64,000 nt of DNA from an uncultured Phycisphaerales bacterium (GCA_963785635.1 CAWAWB010000007.1:114199-178198), one strand, 5' to 3'. Shown: positions 1-10,376, counted from the first letter of the stretch. Notes: generated by a model from the sequence alone, not told the origin. A program made the numbers and translations.

Positions 1-538
1 GCCAGCGGGGCAACGGCGATCGGATCGGCGTGGAAGGGCAGGTAGAAGTGCCGCACGGCGTTGATGGCCTCGCGGCGGAAGTCCACGTACGGGATGTCGC
101 GGCCGTGATAGTAGGCAAAGACGGCGATGAGCACGGCCAGGCCGATCTGGAAGAGGATTTTCTCCCACATTTCCAGGCCGTCGCGGTTCCTGCCGGGGGT
201 TTTGCGCAGCTTGATCCAGTCGTCAAAGCCCCCCAGGCTGGACAGCCACACCAGCACGACCAGCGACATGCGGACGTAGAAATTGTCCAGCTTGGCGAAC
301 ATGATCGTGGAGATGAAGATGGCCAGGGCGATGAGCGCGCCGCCCATCGTCGGCGTGTCGGATTTGTGCCGCGTGATTTCGTTGAGGGCGGCGTTGTAGA
401 ACTCGGGCCGGTCGCCCACCTTCTTGCGGACGAGGAAGCGGATGAAGCGCGGCGCGAAGATGAAGACGACGAGAAAGCTGAGCACCGCCGCGCCGGCCAT
501 GCGGAGGACCAGTTGTTTTTCGATGAGGAAGGGAATCA
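1..538 (-). CDS. mraY: Phospho-N-acetylmuramoyl-pentapeptide transferase MraY, 5' part (gene runs off the window start)
   Basis: Minus-strand translation from an ATG at 538 with a GGAAGGGA-like RBS. The translation reads MIPFLIEKQL...DTPTMGG..., a typical MraY N-terminus. The gene lies downstream of murE-murF, as expected in a dcw cluster. Confidence 0.85.
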
Positions 539-1963
539 TTTGGCGTTCCCCTCCAGTGCGGTGCTGCCGCGCGCGCCGCAATGGGCGATGACGCCGTCGA
601 CGATGCACTCGGCTCCCACGCTGCGCGAGGCTTTGACGAGCACGGTGTCGCCGCCCTTGAGCCACTCATCCACGTGCGCGGCGGCGTCGCGGGCGGCGGG
701 GTATTCCATGATTTTGAGGTGCGTGCCGTTGGTCTCTTTGGCGCCGCGGGCGATGTAGGCGGCCAGGGCCCCCACCGCCACCAGCACGTCGATATTGGAC
801 TGGCCGACCTTGCGGCCAAGTTCCAGGTGAAGCTGGGGCGACTGCTCGCCGAGTTCGCGCATGTCGCCGGCGACGAGCACGCGACGACTGCCTTCCAGGC
901 TGCCCAGGACATCCACCGCCGCGCCCATGGACATGGGGTTGGCGTTGTAGGCATCGTTGATGACGATCACGTCGCCCGCGCGGCGGATCTGAAGGCGCAT
1001 ATCACCCGCGGCCACGTCGGCCAGTGGCGCCCCCGCCTGCTCCAGCGAGAGGCCAAAGCGCATGGCCGCGGCCATAGCCGCCAGGGCGTTCAAGGCATTG
1101 TGTTTGCCGGCCAGGGGCAGCGTGAACCATGCGCGGCCGTTCACCTGGAAACGCTGCTGCGCGCCCATGGACTCCCAGGCGGTCAGCCGCAGCTCGGCCT
1201 TGTCGGACTGGCCAAAGCGGATCAGCCGCACATCGTAGGGTCGCACGGCCTGCTCCAGGGGTTCGCTGTCGGCCCAGATGATGCCGACGCCGCGGCTTTT
1301 TTCCAGCGAGCCGAGGATGGAGGCCTTCTCCACCGCCACGCGCTGGACAGAGCCCAGGCGCTCCAGGTGGCTTGGGCCCACGGCGGTGATGATGGCCAGA
1401 TCGGGCTCGGCGATTTTGGTAAGCGTGGCGATTTCGCCCGGGGCGTTGGAGCCCAGCTCGCAGACGACGTAATCATCGCCCTCCTCCGCCGCCAGCAAAG
1501 TGAGCGGCACGCCGATGTTGTTGTTGAAACTTTTGAGCGCGGCCGAGCCTTTTTTGCTCGCCGACAGGATGTGGTGGATCATGCCTTTGACGGTGGTCTT
1601 GCCGACCGAGCCGGTCACCGCGATCACCTGGCCGGTGAGGTTGCGGCGGTGCATTTTGGCCAGTTCGCCCAGGGCGACGATCGTATCGGGCACGACGATC
1701 AGGCCGCCAAAACCGGTCATATTGGCGGCGGCCGCGGCCTTATCCTTCTGCACGATGGCCGCGGGGCAGCCTGCCGCGGCAACCTGGGCCAAAAAGTCAT
1801 GGCCGTCGAAGTTCCCGCCGGGCAGCGCAACAAAAAGGTCGCCCGCCGCCACCTTGCGCGAATCAATGGCGACCTTCGTGATGCGGATCGGCTCGCGCGG
1901 CGGTGATTTGAGCCAACGGCCGTGCACCTGGCGGCGAATGTCATCCAGCAGCGTCGGTCTCAT
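536..1963 (-). CDS. murF: UDP-N-acetylmuramoyl-tripeptide--D-alanyl-D-alanine ligase MurF
   Basis: ORF 536..2011 carries the Mur ligase P-loop GSVGKTT. The likely start is MRPTLLDD at 1963, preceded by GGAGGTGA and overlapping the murE stop as ATGA. Confidence 0.85.
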   Translation of the reverse strand: MRPTLLDDIRRQVHGRWLKSPPREPIRITKVAIDSRKVAAGDLFVALPGGNFDGHDFLAQVAAAGCPAAIVQKDKAAAAANMTGFGGLIVVPDTIVALGELAKMHRRNLTGQVIAVTGSVGKTTVKGMIHHILSASKKGSAALKSFNNNIGVPLTLLAAEEGDDYVVCELGSNAPGEIATLTKIAEPDLAIITAVGPSHLERLGSVQRVAVEKASILGSLEKSRGVGIIWADSEPLEQAVRPYDVRLIRFGQSDKAELRLTAWESMGAQQRFQVNGRAWFTLPLAGKHNALNALAAMAAAMRFGLSLEQAGAPLADVAAGDMRLQIRRAGDVIVINDAYNANPMSMGAAVDVLGSLEGSRRVLVAGDMRELGEQSPQLHLELGRKVGQSNIDVLVAVGALAAYIARGAKETNGTHLKIMEYPAARDAAAHVDEWLKGGDTVLVKASRSVGAECIVDGVIAHCGARGSTALEGNAK

Positions 1964-3467
1964 CGGCTCACCTCCGCCGGCGCGGGCCGGTGAGATAGTC
2001 GCGCCAAACATTCCGCGGCCACTTCCGTGTCGTCAAAATGGTGCTTCTGCGTGCCGATGATCTGGTAATTCTCGTGGCCCTTGCCGGCCAGGACGACCAC
2101 ATCGCCCGTGGCCGCCTGACTGATCGCCAGCTCGATGGCCGCGCGGCGGTCCGGCTCGACCTTCAAGGTGGCCTTGCCATCCTCTTCAAAGCCGACCAGG
2201 ATGTCGCTCAGGATCTGCTTGGGGTCTTCCGTGCGCGGATTGTCCTGCGTCAAAACCACCACATCGGCCAGTTCCTGCGCCACTTTGGCCATGCGCGGCC
2301 GTTTGGTGCGGTCGCGGTCGCCGCCGCAGCCGAAGAGCACAATCAGCCGGCCTTTGGTGAGCGTGCGCAGGGCCGAAAGCGTGTTGGCCAGCGAATCATC
2401 GGTGTGGGCGTAATCGACGAAGACGTCGAAATCGCTCGGACCCTGCACGCGCTGGCAGCGACCGGGCACGATCACTTCGGTTTGCAGCGCCTCGACGATG
2501 GCTTCCAGCTTGATGCCCAGGGCCAGGCACGATGCCGCGGCGGCCAGGCAGTTGGAAACATTGTGGCGGCCGATGAGGTTCGTGCTGACCTTGCGATTAG
2601 GGCCATCGGCGACGGCAAGCTCGAAGGAAGTGCCGCGCGGGCTGATGCGAATGGCTCGGGCGGTGAGGTCCGCCGCGCTGTCGGCGGCGCCGTCGATTCC
2701 ATACAGGACCACCTCGGCCGCGGTGGATTTTGCCAGTTTTTCCCAGGCGGGATCATCGCGATTTATCACGGCCGCGGCGGAGGCTGCAAGCCCTTCAAAA
2801 AGCAGCGCCTTGGCATCCAGGTAGGCATCCATCGTGCCGTGGTAGTCCAGGTGGTCGCCGGTGAGGTTGGTGAAGGCGGCGATGGCGAAGGGAATCCCCG
2901 CCGCGCGGTGCTGGTGCAGTGCGTGGCTGGAGACCTCCATCACAGCGTGGGTCACGCCGGAGTTCACCATCTGGGCCATCATCTCGGCCAGGAGCACGGG
3001 ACCGGGGGTGGTGTTCTCGGCGGGAATTGTTTTGCCGGCGAACTCATAGCTGATCGTCCCCAGCAGGCCCGTGTTTATGCCACAATGCGACAGGATATGG
3101 CGGACCAGGTACGTGAAGGTGGTTTTGCCCTTGGTGCCAGTCACGCCCACCAGCCTAAGTTTGCGGGCGGGCCAGCCGAAGAAGGCCTGGGCAATGGGGC
3201 CTAGCGCAGCCGCCGCGCACTGGACTTTGGCGCAGGCGACTTCTTTGGGCACGGCGGAATCATCTTCGCAGACTACTGCGCGTACGCGCCGGCGGCAAGG
3301 GCCTGCGGAATATAGGCGTGACCATCGGCCTGCGGCCCGCGCACGGCGATAAAGCACGTGCCTTTGCCTGCGCGGCGAGAATCCGCCGTGATCATCAGCA
3401 CATCAGGATCGCCCCGCCGCGCGAGCACGCCGATGCCCGCGGCCGCAAGCAAACTGCTGAATTGCAT
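1960..3467 (-). CDS. murE: UDP-N-acetylmuramoyl-L-alanyl-D-glutamate--2,6-diaminopimelate ligase MurE, with an apparent frameshift near 3275-3290
   Basis: The 465-aa ORF carries VGVTGTKGKTT. The true N-terminus (ADSRRAGKGTCFIAVRGPQADGH...) sits in a different frame (ORF 3273..3467), so one indel is needed to join them. Confidence 0.8.
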
Positions 3468-3599
3468 CTAACTATTCCTCGCGGGCAGGTCTTTAGCCTG
3501 TTTCCGCGTAAGTTACTAAACCTTCCGAAAGGCCGCATCCGTGCGGCCCATGCCTTCAAGTATGACGATTCGGCTTGAATGTCAATGGTTTTCGGCAAA

Positions 3600-3722
3600 A
3601 CTTGAGCCACAGAGGTCACAGAGGCAAACGGAGAGGTCACAGAGAAGAAAAGACTTATATTCAAATTAAGCAATCAGCGTGTTTTTGTTTCTCCGGCCTT
3701 AACTCTGTGTCCTCTGTGGCGA
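3600..3722. repeat. Hairpin repeat element, CACAGAG variant of the CACAAAG family, between ftsI and murE
   Basis: Left arm is gccacagaggtcacagagg...ggtcacagag with the heptamer every 10 bp. The loop carries gaagaaaag...ttccggcc. The right arm is the inverted ctctgtgtcctctgtggc. It is homologous by eye to the elements at 31285, 37622, 56775/58181 and 60240. Confidence 0.6.
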
Positions 3723-3732
3723 ATTCTTCGGT

Positions 3733-5511
3733 TTAAAAGGCGCTGGTATTGTCCGCAGGCTTGCCCTTCTGCCCGCCCTTGGCGGGAATTTCCTCATCGT
3801 GTGGGACATCGAGGTAAGCCAAGCCCTGCTCGAGAATGGCTTTGACCACCGGGGCCGCGACCGTGCCGCCGTAAATGGCGCCGGCCTTGGGCCGCCGCAC
3901 ACTGATCAGGCAGACCAGGCGCGGCTTTTCGAGCGGCGCGCCGGCGACGTAGCTGGAAGTGTAGCCCGAGCCATAGGGCGGGATTTGAGCTGTGCCGGTC
4001 TTGCCGAAACTGCTCCAACCGGCCAGACGGCCGGCCTTACCCGTGCCTTCTGTGGGCACCTTGGCCAGGACCCGCAGGCGAAAATCGTGGATAAGCTCCG
4101 ACGCGATCACCTGCTTGACTTCAAAAGCGCCGGCTCGATCCTGCTCCACCTGGCCATCCGCGCCGTAGACGGCCCGCACTAGCTTTGGCCGCAGCAGCAG
4201 GCCATCATTGGCGATAGAGGAAAAGGCGGTGATCATCTGGAGGCCCGTCACGCCCACTTCCTGCCCCATGGGGATGGACCACTTGGAGTCCATAGTCCAT
4301 TTGGGTAGCTTGTTAACCAGGCCGGCATCCTCACCTTTAAGCTCGATGCCAGTGGGCTTGCCAAAACCGTAGGTGGTGATGATGCGATACAGGCGTTCAT
4401 TGCCCAGAATCTCGCCGATATGCGCCATGCCGATGTTAGAACTGTGGATGACGATATCCTCTACCGTGAGATTGCCGTAGCCGCCGTGCACATCGTGCAG
4501 GGTGCGGCCGCGGCGGCAATCCCAGGCGCCGTTGTTGCAGAAGAAGATCTGGCCGTAGTGCACCTTGCCCATGGCCAGGGCCGCTGAAGCGGTGAAGGGC
4601 TTGAAGATGGAGCCGGGCTCGAAGGGGTCGGTGATGGCGCGGTTGCGGCGCTGGTCATCTTCCGCCTTGTTGTATTCATTCAGATCGAAGGTGGGCTCGC
4701 AGGCCAGGGCCAGGATCTCGCCGTTGCGGGGATCCATGACGATGCCGATGGCCGATTCGGCCTTGTTCTTGGCGACGGCCTGGGCGAGCTGCTCTTCCAG
4801 GAAGCGCTGCACGACCACGTCGATGGTGAGCTGAATGGCGTGCCCGTCCCGCGGCGGCTGATAGGCGTTGGGTTCATCCCAGATGGCCCGGCGGCTGGCA
4901 TCGCCCCACAGGACGTTGTAGCCGTTTTCCGCCCGCAGGTACTTGTCGGCATAGAGCTCGATGCCTTCCATGCCGGTTTCCTGCTCGTTGGCGTCGCGCC
5001 CGGCAAAGCCGATCACGTGCGCGGCCAGCGAACCATTGGGATATTCCCGCCGCCACTGAGGCTTTATGCCCACGGCGTGGTTGCGCAGGGCACGGACCGC
5101 CTGGACGGTTTTCTCATCCACATCATCGGCCAGGACGACGAAGCGCCGCTCGTTCTCGCGGCCCTCCTCAAGTTCGTCCTGAATGCGCTCGGCGGACTGG
5201 CCCAGCACCTTGGCCACCGATTTGGCCACCTGCTCGACCTGCTCGGGCGCGATCATCATAGGGTCGATGAAGATTCGCGAGGCCTGGCGGCTGCCGGCCA
5301 GGAGCACCGGCATGGAATAGCTGCGGCCGTAGATGTCGCCGCGGCGGCCGGGAATATCGATCATGATCCGCTGCTGACCCTGCGCCTTGGAGATCATGGC
5401 GGCGTGGCTTTGCGTCTGGAACAGCAGGAGCTTGGCGCCTGCGGCGATCAGCGCTACCAAGAGCAGGCTGAAAATGATGTGGCAGGCATACGGTCGACCG
5501 GTCGCAGACAC
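3733..5511 (-). CDS. ftsI: Peptidoglycan D,D-transpeptidase FtsI (class B PBP)
   Basis: 592 aa with an N-terminal TM helix. Transpeptidase motifs SIFKP, SSN and KTGTA are present. It follows ftsL. Confidence 0.85.
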   Translation of the reverse strand: MSATGRPYACHIIFSLLLVALIAAGAKLLLFQTQSHAAMISKAQGQQRIMIDIPGRRGDIYGRSYSMPVLLAGSRQASRIFIDPMMIAPEQVEQVAKSVAKVLGQSAERIQDELEEGRENERRFVVLADDVDEKTVQAVRALRNHAVGIKPQWRREYPNGSLAAHVIGFAGRDANEQETGMEGIELYADKYLRAENGYNVLWGDASRRAIWDEPNAYQPPRDGHAIQLTIDVVVQRFLEEQLAQAVAKNKAESAIGIVMDPRNGEILALACEPTFDLNEYNKAEDDQRRNRAITDPFEPGSIFKPFTASAALAMGKVHYGQIFFCNNGAWDCRRGRTLHDVHGGYGNLTVEDIVIHSSNIGMAHIGEILGNERLYRIITTYGFGKPTGIELKGEDAGLVNKLPKWTMDSKWSIPMGQEVGVTGLQMITAFSSIANDGLLLRPKLVRAVYGADGQVEQDRAGAFEVKQVIASELIHDFRLRVLAKVPTEGTGKAGRLAGWSSFGKTGTAQIPPYGSGYTSSYVAGAPLEKPRLVCLISVRRPKAGAIYGGTVAAPVVKAILEQGLAYLDVPHDEEIPAKGGQKGKPADNTSAF

Positions 5512-5624
5512 CCGATATCCTCCAAGCTGCCCGTGCAGCGTGTTTCTAATCCAGACAGATCATCAACTCTCGCGGCGGCAGCCTGCGAATCAGCAGACTT
5601 TCCCTCCAGCCCGCGAAAACCGTC

Positions 5625-5891
5625 TCAATCTTTCAAGGCCGGCTCATGACTGACAGGCGATGAAGAAGGGGCTTCCATGGGAATTCCCATCTCCTGCTTG
5701 CGATTGAGCAAAGCCTGGGGCGACGTCAGATCGCCCAGCCGCACATCCAGCCCGTAAGCGAGCTGCCGCTGACGGTGCAACTCTGCATTCCATTCCTGCG
5801 CCTCATGCCGCATAACCACTTCCTGGCGGCGCAGTTCCACCATGCCCACCGCTATCGCCGTCAACATTACAATTACCATTGCGATACGCAT
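5625..5891 (-). CDS. ftsL: Cell division protein FtsL-like (small bitopic coiled-coil protein)
   Basis: ORF 5625..5954. The likely start is MRIAMVIVMLTAIAVG (TM helix) followed by a coiled-coil segment. It sits immediately upstream of ftsI. Confidence 0.5.
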   Translation of the reverse strand: MRIAMVIVMLTAIAVGMVELRRQEVVMRHEAQEWNAELHRQRQLAYGLDVRLGDLTSPQALLNRKQEMGIPMEAPSSSPVSHEPALKD

Positions 5892-5964
5892 TGCACGCTT
5901 TTTAACATGGCACGGCCGAGACCCGCACAATTCAGGGCAAGATCCCCATGCCACGCCGTTTAGC

Positions 5965-7058
5965 CTAATTCGGAATCGTCAACACCATGCCGATATCCAA
6001 CCGGTCGCTGCCACCCAGTGTGCCGCGGTTTGCCTCCAGCAGCTTCTTGACCGCGTCGTTGCTGCCATCCTTCATCTGGATTCTGGCGATAGATGTCAAG
6101 TTGTCGCCCTGGCGGACGGTGTAGGTTTTGCCGGTTTTGGATGCCGCGGTCTTGGCCGCGGGAGCTAACGGAGCGGACTTGGCCACCAAGGGAGAAGGCG
6201 TGGAGGAAGATGGATCCAGCTTCACCAGGCCCAGCGTTTTGGGGGCAACCGCCACGGGCGTCAGATTGCTGGTAGCGGGCGCCGGCGCACCTGCCGGCGC
6301 GGGGACTGCCGGTACGGGACTCGGCGCGCCCGCCTTGGGCGGGACAACGGTGAGGTCCTTGAGATAATCGTGCAGACCGCGGCCATCCAGCACGCGCGTG
6401 GCCTCCGGCGGCAGCGGCGGGATCACCAGTTCCTGGCCGACCTGCAAGTTCTCGGCGCTGGAGAGCGTGGAGCGGTTGGCCTCCAGGATCAGCTTGTAAT
6501 ATTGCTCGTTGCCGCGGCCGTACACCTTGGTGGCGATGTTATAGAGAGTGTCTTTCGGCGCCACCTTGTACGTGCGCTTGGGTGCGGCGGGCCCGATGGC
6601 GGCGGCAGGCGCCGGTGCGGGAGGCGCGGCGGGCGCGGCCGCTGTCGGCTGCACAGGCTGCACTTTGACCGGCTGGATGGGCACGGTCGTTGTCGGCGGG
6701 ATTGCCACAGCCACCTGGGCGCGGGGCTGGCCGGCTGCGCCGCGAGGACCACCACCGGCACGGGCGTTACGGCCGGCCCGACGGCGATAGGCTCTTCCGC
6801 GTGCGGGACAACCACCACGGGCTTTGGCTCCCCTGTGCTGTAGGTCGTGGGATTGGCGCGCACGGTGGTGATGCCGTCACTGGCCGGGCTGGGCAGCGCG
6901 GGCGCCGCAGGCTGCGTGCGATGCGCCATCAGGCCATCCACGGGCGTGGGCGAGCCGCGCGGCGGGACGGTGCCCGGCCGGGCATTGCCCAAAATCACGC
7001 CGAAACAAATGATAAAAACCAGACCAACAAGCAGCGCGACCTTCGTTTCCCGCGTCAT
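5965..7058 (-). CDS. Membrane-anchored, proline-rich protein with two LysM domains (apparent frameshift near 6700)
   Basis: The N-terminal part (ORF 6489..7058) has a TM helix, VALLVGLVFIICFGVIL, then a Pro-rich linker. The C-terminal part (ORF 5965..6714) has two LysM motifs, TYKVAPKDTLYNIA and YTVRQGDNLTSIA. Confidence 0.6.
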
Positions 7059-7073
7059 GTCAGCGGCTCCATC

Positions 7074-8008
7074 CTATAGACCGGGGGCGGATCCTTCCGC
7101 CGCCCATTCGAAGCAGCGCAGCTTGGCGCTGCGGCTGCGCGGATTACTCTGTATTTCCTCATCGTCAGGAACGATGGGCTTACGTGTAATGATTCTCCCA
7201 AATCCGTCGGATTTCCAAGAAGAAAATGCAGATTTTACAGGACGATCTTCCAGCGAGTGAAAACTGATGATGGCCACGCGGCCGCCGGGGCGGCGCAGGC
7301 GGGGCAGGCCCTTCAGGAGCGAGCGCAGCGAGTCGAGCTCCTTATTCACCGCGATGCGCAGGGCCTGGAAGGTCCGCGTCGCCGGATGAATGCCCTTGGT
7401 GTGATGGCGGCGATACGCCGCCATGACGATGTCCGCCAACTGAGAAGTTCGTTCGATGGGTCCGGTTTTCCGGGCATTAATAATGTAGCGGGCGATCTGC
7501 CGGCTGCGCCGCTCATCGGCATAGTTGAAGATCAAATCCGCTAGTTTCTGCTCGGAAAGTTTGTTGACCAGATCGGCCGCGGTGGGGTTGTCGCCGCCGG
7601 CATCCATGCGCATGTCCAGCGGACCATCGGCGCTGAAACTGAAGCCGCGGGCAGGATCATCCAGTTGCGTGGAGGCCACGCCCAGGTCGGCCAGCACAAC
7701 ATCCGGCTTTTTCATCTCGGCGGCCTGGAGAATCTCCTTGATATCGCCGTAGTCGGCGTGGAAGAAGCGAAGGCGATTCTTCGAGGAATCCTGGAACTTT
7801 TCCAGCCGCTCCTTGGCCCGGCGGAGATTCTGCTCATCCTTGTCGATGGCCACGAGGCGACATTCGCTGGATGCCCGTTCCAGCAGCATTTCGGCGTGGC
7901 CGCCCAGGCCGACCGTGCAGTCGACGATGTTGAGGCGGCGCTGGGGCTCCAGCAACTCCACCACTTTTGAGCCCAGGACGGGCGTATGCCCCGACTGGCC
8001 TGACATGC
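7074..8008 (-). CDS. rsmH: 16S rRNA (cytosine1402-N4)-methyltransferase RsmH/MraW
   Basis: The sequence HTPVLGSKVVELLEP...DCTVGLGGHAEMLLE is a typical RsmH N-terminus. The longest ORF extends to 8261, but the probable start is the ATG at 8008 after a GAGG. The gene follows mraZ. Confidence 0.8.
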
Positions 8009-8392
8009 CGCAACCTCTAGGCGCCCTTGCGCCGCTCGACGCAAGCCGCTTCTTTAATTCGGGAGAAAAGTCCACCCGGGCATACTCACCCCCCAGGGCC
8101 TGAACTCTCGCCAGCCGTTCAGCCAATTCCGCTAGGCGCTGCCGGGTAATCCTGCCGGGAATTGCTGGGTCCGCCTGGACGGCACGAGGTTCGGCGACTT
8201 TAGCGGCCTGGCTTCCCTGCCGGGCCTTCAGGTCGCTCGCGGCCGACTGAAGGGTGAGCATGACGGAATCCTTTCACACCGGGTGAAACTCTTCTCATCA
8301 AAGTCCGTCCGCAGTGGCGACGCCATCCATGGCATCGCCGCGGCGGCAGACACGCGTGCTACGGTGAATCATCCGTGAACGGTTCACTTTCG

Positions 8393-8869
8393 CTAATTAG
8401 AGGGCGGCGGCAGAACTGACCCCGAAAGCTGCTCGCCCATCTCCAACATCGCCTCGTCATAGCCGGGCAGTTGCTCCTGCAAATGCCCGTCCCACTCGTC
8501 GCGCGGCCAGATCTCAATGTGGTCGTCGTGGCCGACCAAAGTCACCTGCTCGCCGATCACGGCCCGCTGCATCGACTTTTCCGGCAGCACTATGCGGCCC
8601 TGCTTATCCGGCAGGAGGTAGCGGGCCATCGCGAAAAACAGGCCCAACCTCTCGCCGCTGCGCGTGGGCAGCGGAGAACGCTTCAAGCTGGCGGTCAAGC
8701 GGCGGTAGTAGCCGTCCGGGTAAAGCCACAAATGCTTCTTAATGCCCAGGACGAGGAAAAAACCCTGCCCGTCCTGAACCGGATCGATCTGCTCCCGCAG
8801 CGCGGCGGGGATAGCCAGCCGGCGTTTATCATCCAGAGCCTGATCGAACTCTCCGACAAATAGTGCCAT
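8393..8869 (-). CDS. mraZ: Transcriptional regulator MraZ
   Basis: 158 aa beginning MALFVGEFDQALDDKRRLAIPAALRE, a duplicated MraZ-type fold. It is the first gene of the dcw cluster. Confidence 0.85.
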   Translation of the reverse strand: MALFVGEFDQALDDKRRLAIPAALREQIDPVQDGQGFFLVLGIKKHLWLYPDGYYRRLTASLKRSPLPTRSGERLGLFFAMARYLLPDKQGRIVLPEKSMQRAVIGEQVTLVGHDDHIEIWPRDEWDGHLQEQLPGYDEAMLEMGEQLSGSVLPPPSN

Positions 8870-9070
8870 GGCGTTTTACCCTGTTCACACCGCCGCTTGG
8901 GACAGGTAGGGAAATTACACCATTTTGTGGTACGCTGCAAGAGCCTGAATAAGAATTTTTTTATTTTTCTTCAACCTGCAACTTCATGCGGCCCGATAAG
9001 TTGTGGTTTCACCACAAGATATTGGGGGTGAGATTTGTGTGGATACTAGTTGTAGGGCCTCAGATTTTTT

Positions 9071-9175
9071 CAGATTGCCAACATTCCAGCTTTGGCAACC
9101 TGGTTGGCAATCTGAAAAGCCTATGTGGCGACAGCAGTTACAGCTCCAGATTGCCAAAATTTCCAGATTGCCAAC
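9071..9175. repeat. Array of CCAGATTGCCAA motifs (5 copies, mixed orientation) in the mraZ upstream region. Copy 1 of a ~110-bp element also found at 24634..24738
   Basis: Copies sit at 9071 (fwd), 9092 (rev, variant CCAGGTTGCCAA), 9104 (rev), 9146 (fwd) and 9164 (fwd). The order and spacing match the element at 24634-24738. Confidence 0.6.
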
Positions 9176-9242
9176 TCACAGTCACCCCGCCTCGGCGTGA
9201 GGACATGCATCTTCTTTTTCCGGGGGTTTCGTCAAGCCTGAT

Positions 9243-10376
9243 TCAGTTCCCCTGATACCGCACAAAACTCACCAGATCGCGCAGCCACTGGCCATCATCC
9301 ACATCTTCGCTGGTGGTGGAATCCTGCTCGACGAGCACAAGGAGCGTATTGACGGGCCGATTGATGCGGGCGCTGGCGCCGAGTTTTTCGGCCAGGCTCA
9401 TAACAGAGCTTGCTTCCGCGTCCGAGACGAGCGCAGCTGTCATCATCCTGCGTGAGTTTTGGATCTATTACGGCCAAAGTGAGCTTGCCAAAAGAGGCGG
9501 TATCAGACGTGCCTGTGGCGATAAAGACCTCGCCCTCCCAACGTCCTTCAATCACCACGACCGATGGCGGGGAATCCGCCGCCCAACTTGCCAGATAGAG
9601 TTTTGCCTGGCCCGTTAAGAGCGGCCAGATCGCCGCCGCTTCATCCTGCATGCCCTCCATGCTTCCCAGGCCGGCGGCCCTAGAACCCTGGTGAACCAGC
9701 ACAGCCGCGCTGGTGGGTTGAGAGTCGGCTTGAACGATGCAGCCGCGGGCGATCGAGGACGGCTTTTGTTCCAGCGCCACACGATCATCTGCCGCCCGGT
9801 CAAGTCGGTTTCCGCCAATGCGGCGCGGCAGCACATCCACGCCTGCCAGTAGTGGGCGGCTAAAAGCAGATCCTGCCGCGCGAACGTCAGCGGTTGTGCC
9901 AGCTCCACGATTGGATCTTTGGCCGCGGCAACCACGGATAATGCGTCCCCCATAGCTGCCACCACATGTGCATCTTTCTCGTAGCCGGGCGGCGCTGACT
10001 GGCGGTAGGAACGGATGGCCTCCCGCAGCGCGGCAAGCTGCGGCTCCTGGCAACCGGCGAGAATCGATTCTGACAGGTCCAAATGGCCTGCGCCCGCCAG
10101 GGCGATGGCCGCGGAGCGATATTGCTGCACCTGGCCATCGAGTTCCAGCGACTCAGCGAACAGTGCCGCGGCCGCTTTGGCATTGCCCGTGGATAGCGCC
10201 CACTCGGCCTGCTGCCAGACTTCCTCGGCCGAACGCGCATCGGCCTTGCTCGCCTCGCGTTTGCAACCTGACGTCAATATCAAAGCCGCCAGCAGTATCG
10301 CCAATAAAGGGAATGCCTTGCGGCGGATTTGTGAAGCGACGGCCCCGGCGTGGTTTGATGGAGGCCAAAAAATCAT
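9243..10376 (-). CDS. Hypothetical lipoprotein (apparent frameshifts)
   Basis: The N-terminus has a signal peptide plus lipobox (LAILLAALILTSGC). The reading continues through three overlapping minus-strand ORFs (9615..10376, 9295..10053, 9243..9446). Confidence 0.4.

Noticed and set aside
30-1906. Long plus-strand ORFs (30..758, 581..1906, 1500..2060) overlapping mraY and murF
   Set aside because: These are antisense to clearly recognisable Mur genes. Their products have the low-complexity, Arg/Ala/Gly-rich composition typical of spurious ORFs in high-GC DNA. The same applies to most other long ORFs lying opposite confident genes, e.g. 2038..3204, 12078..13346, 29186..29977 (opposite eno) and 45911..47161.
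1960-3467. Programmed ribosomal frameshifting or real pseudogenes as the explanation for the split genes
   Set aside because: There are too many, in unrelated essential genes, with no shared slippery-sequence context. Sequencing or assembly indels are the simplest explanation.
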